Assembly (NCBI GenBank): GCA_032718475.1
Contig: JAUCBJ010001300.1
Location: 20,926 to 84,925 of the forward strand
Direction of reading: 5' to 3'
Length of the DNA stretch: 64,000 bases
From: Nemertoderma westbladi
Lineage: Eukaryota > Animalia > Xenacoelomorpha
Below are positions 62,372 through 64,000 of the stretch, piece after piece. A program made the position numbers and the translations under genes. The notes below the pieces were generated by a model. That model was given only the letters and a program-made list of their open reading frames with translations. It was not told the DNA's origin and did no database searches. Positions within the stretch are counted from its first letter, which is position 1; each line of letters starts with the position of its first letter.

Positions 62372-64000
62372 CATGCACGCATACATGCACGCATACATGC
62401 ACGCATATATGCTCTATGGTGTCTCATGGAGGCGGCCAACTGAAAAAAATATATGTGGCACCCATGGTCCACACTTATTATTAAGTCATTCGTGGACCAT
62501 GGAGGCCTCCTATAAAAATATACTTAGCTTCCACGGTTCAAATAATAAACAAGTAACATAATTAATATTGTAGTAATAAATGGTTGGCACTCACGGGCCA
62601 GATAGGTGGCCCATGGAGGCCAACTCAATAGAAAAGCATTAGTCTTGGCCCAGGGAGGCATTCTTATTTTAAAAAGTCAATAGGACGATCCTGCTAGAGC
62701 TACCTCTATCAGTCTTGCAGTCTTAAGTTCAAAGGCAGAAAGGGTCTAGGCCTACAGTACCTATAAATGACCACGCATTGAAGCTCACAATCCGCTTACC
62801 CTAGACCTTCCTATTTTTACACTGACACATAAGAAATCCGCATGCGGATGCATCATCGACCAATCAAAATTGCTAATCATCCCCTTCTATTTCCTTAGAA
62901 ATTGGAAAATTTCCTTAGAAAATCCATCCTATTGGCTTTTTTAGTCTTACTCTTAAGATGTGGTTTTCAAGCAATGTTAGAGTTTGAATAGTAACTTGGA
63001 ACCTTCTGTTGGCCTGTTTAATAATCCTTTAAAATATTGGGTGTTATAACGAACCTGCCTATTAATAGGCCAGGGTAGTGTTCTTGTCAAGAGTTGAGCC
63101 GTTCAAAAACACGATGTGGTTATGTGTGTGTGTATGTATAACCATCCAATATCTCAAAAACTCAAGCAGGTACGCAAAAATTTTAATAACAAACTCTCCA
63201 TAAATTTTGGTTGCGCACAAGACTGTATATTTTTTGTGGCGTTTCGATCACGGGGTCACTGAAAAATAGCGGTTTTGAAAATTTAAAGTCGAATTTCACC
63301 GATTTCAACTCGTCGAGTATGCACCAACTTTTTTATTTGAGATATTCAGTCATCTGAGCAACATATTTGAGCCTCAGAATCTTTTCAAATATCGCCAATC
63401 TCGCACAGAACGTCGCCAAAATTTGTTAGTCCGGCAAAAAAACGCACAAATTCGTCTAAAAGAGTAAATTATTTAGTTGCGGAATAATATGATTCAACTA
63501 GAAAAGCCAGCAAGCTGGCTATAAGGAGACCGTCCATAGACAAACGTAGTGTTAGTTGGGTCCCTCCTCATTCATTATCATCAACTCCCTCCCACCTAAC
63601 ATAGCAGTGAGTAACCTTATAGATTATTGTCATAGGATTCACTGGGAAGAGCTATTCATCTGGTGGGGTAATACATTATACAAACTTACAGTTGATGTTT
63701 GATTACTGTCTGGGTTAGAGTGAGATAGTAATAAATTTGGCAAGTAATATACTTCTCTGCAGTTTGGGCTATCCATTCAATAAATAGTAGTAGCTTACTA
63801 GGCCCACATGAGTACCAGCAGCTGGTGTTTCTATCGTTGAGTTGATGGCAATTTTCGTGTTTTCATTTTCGCTCACTCAGGGTACTGGTTTGAGGGGCAG
63901 GTTCGTTTAAAGCCAGCTTGCTGGCTTTCTAGTTCAGACAGAATGTTAAAGTAAGCTTTAGAGATTTAGTCATTTAGTGTCTGGATTAGTATGCTATAAA

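Overview
AT-rich, repeat-dominated eukaryotic (probably invertebrate animal) DNA. Only three host genes are recognisable, all intronless and on the minus strand: MGAT2, ATG12 (230 bp upstream of MGAT2) and a divergent Rho-family GTPase. The rest is mobile DNA. (1) A complete IS3EU-type DNA transposon (238-6144; 6-bp TSD, ~480-bp TIRs) with an open DDE transposase ORF and a disrupted, spliced HECT E3 ligase gene. (2) A young Ngaro-type tyrosine-recombinase retrotransposon with split direct repeats (25477-33074), an unusual RT/RNaseH-gag-YR order and an array of ~18 predicted stem-loops. (3) A 12.4-kb non-autonomous BEL/Pao LTR element (38776-51172) with Gag-protease, no RT or integrase, and an extra triple zinc-knuckle ORF in the env position. 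Also present: a second BEL gag remnant, RTE-like and CRE-like LINE fragments, SINEs, Penelope-type hammerhead motifs, MITEs, satellites and probable transposon excision footprints. All calls come from reading motifs by eye; no database searches were run.
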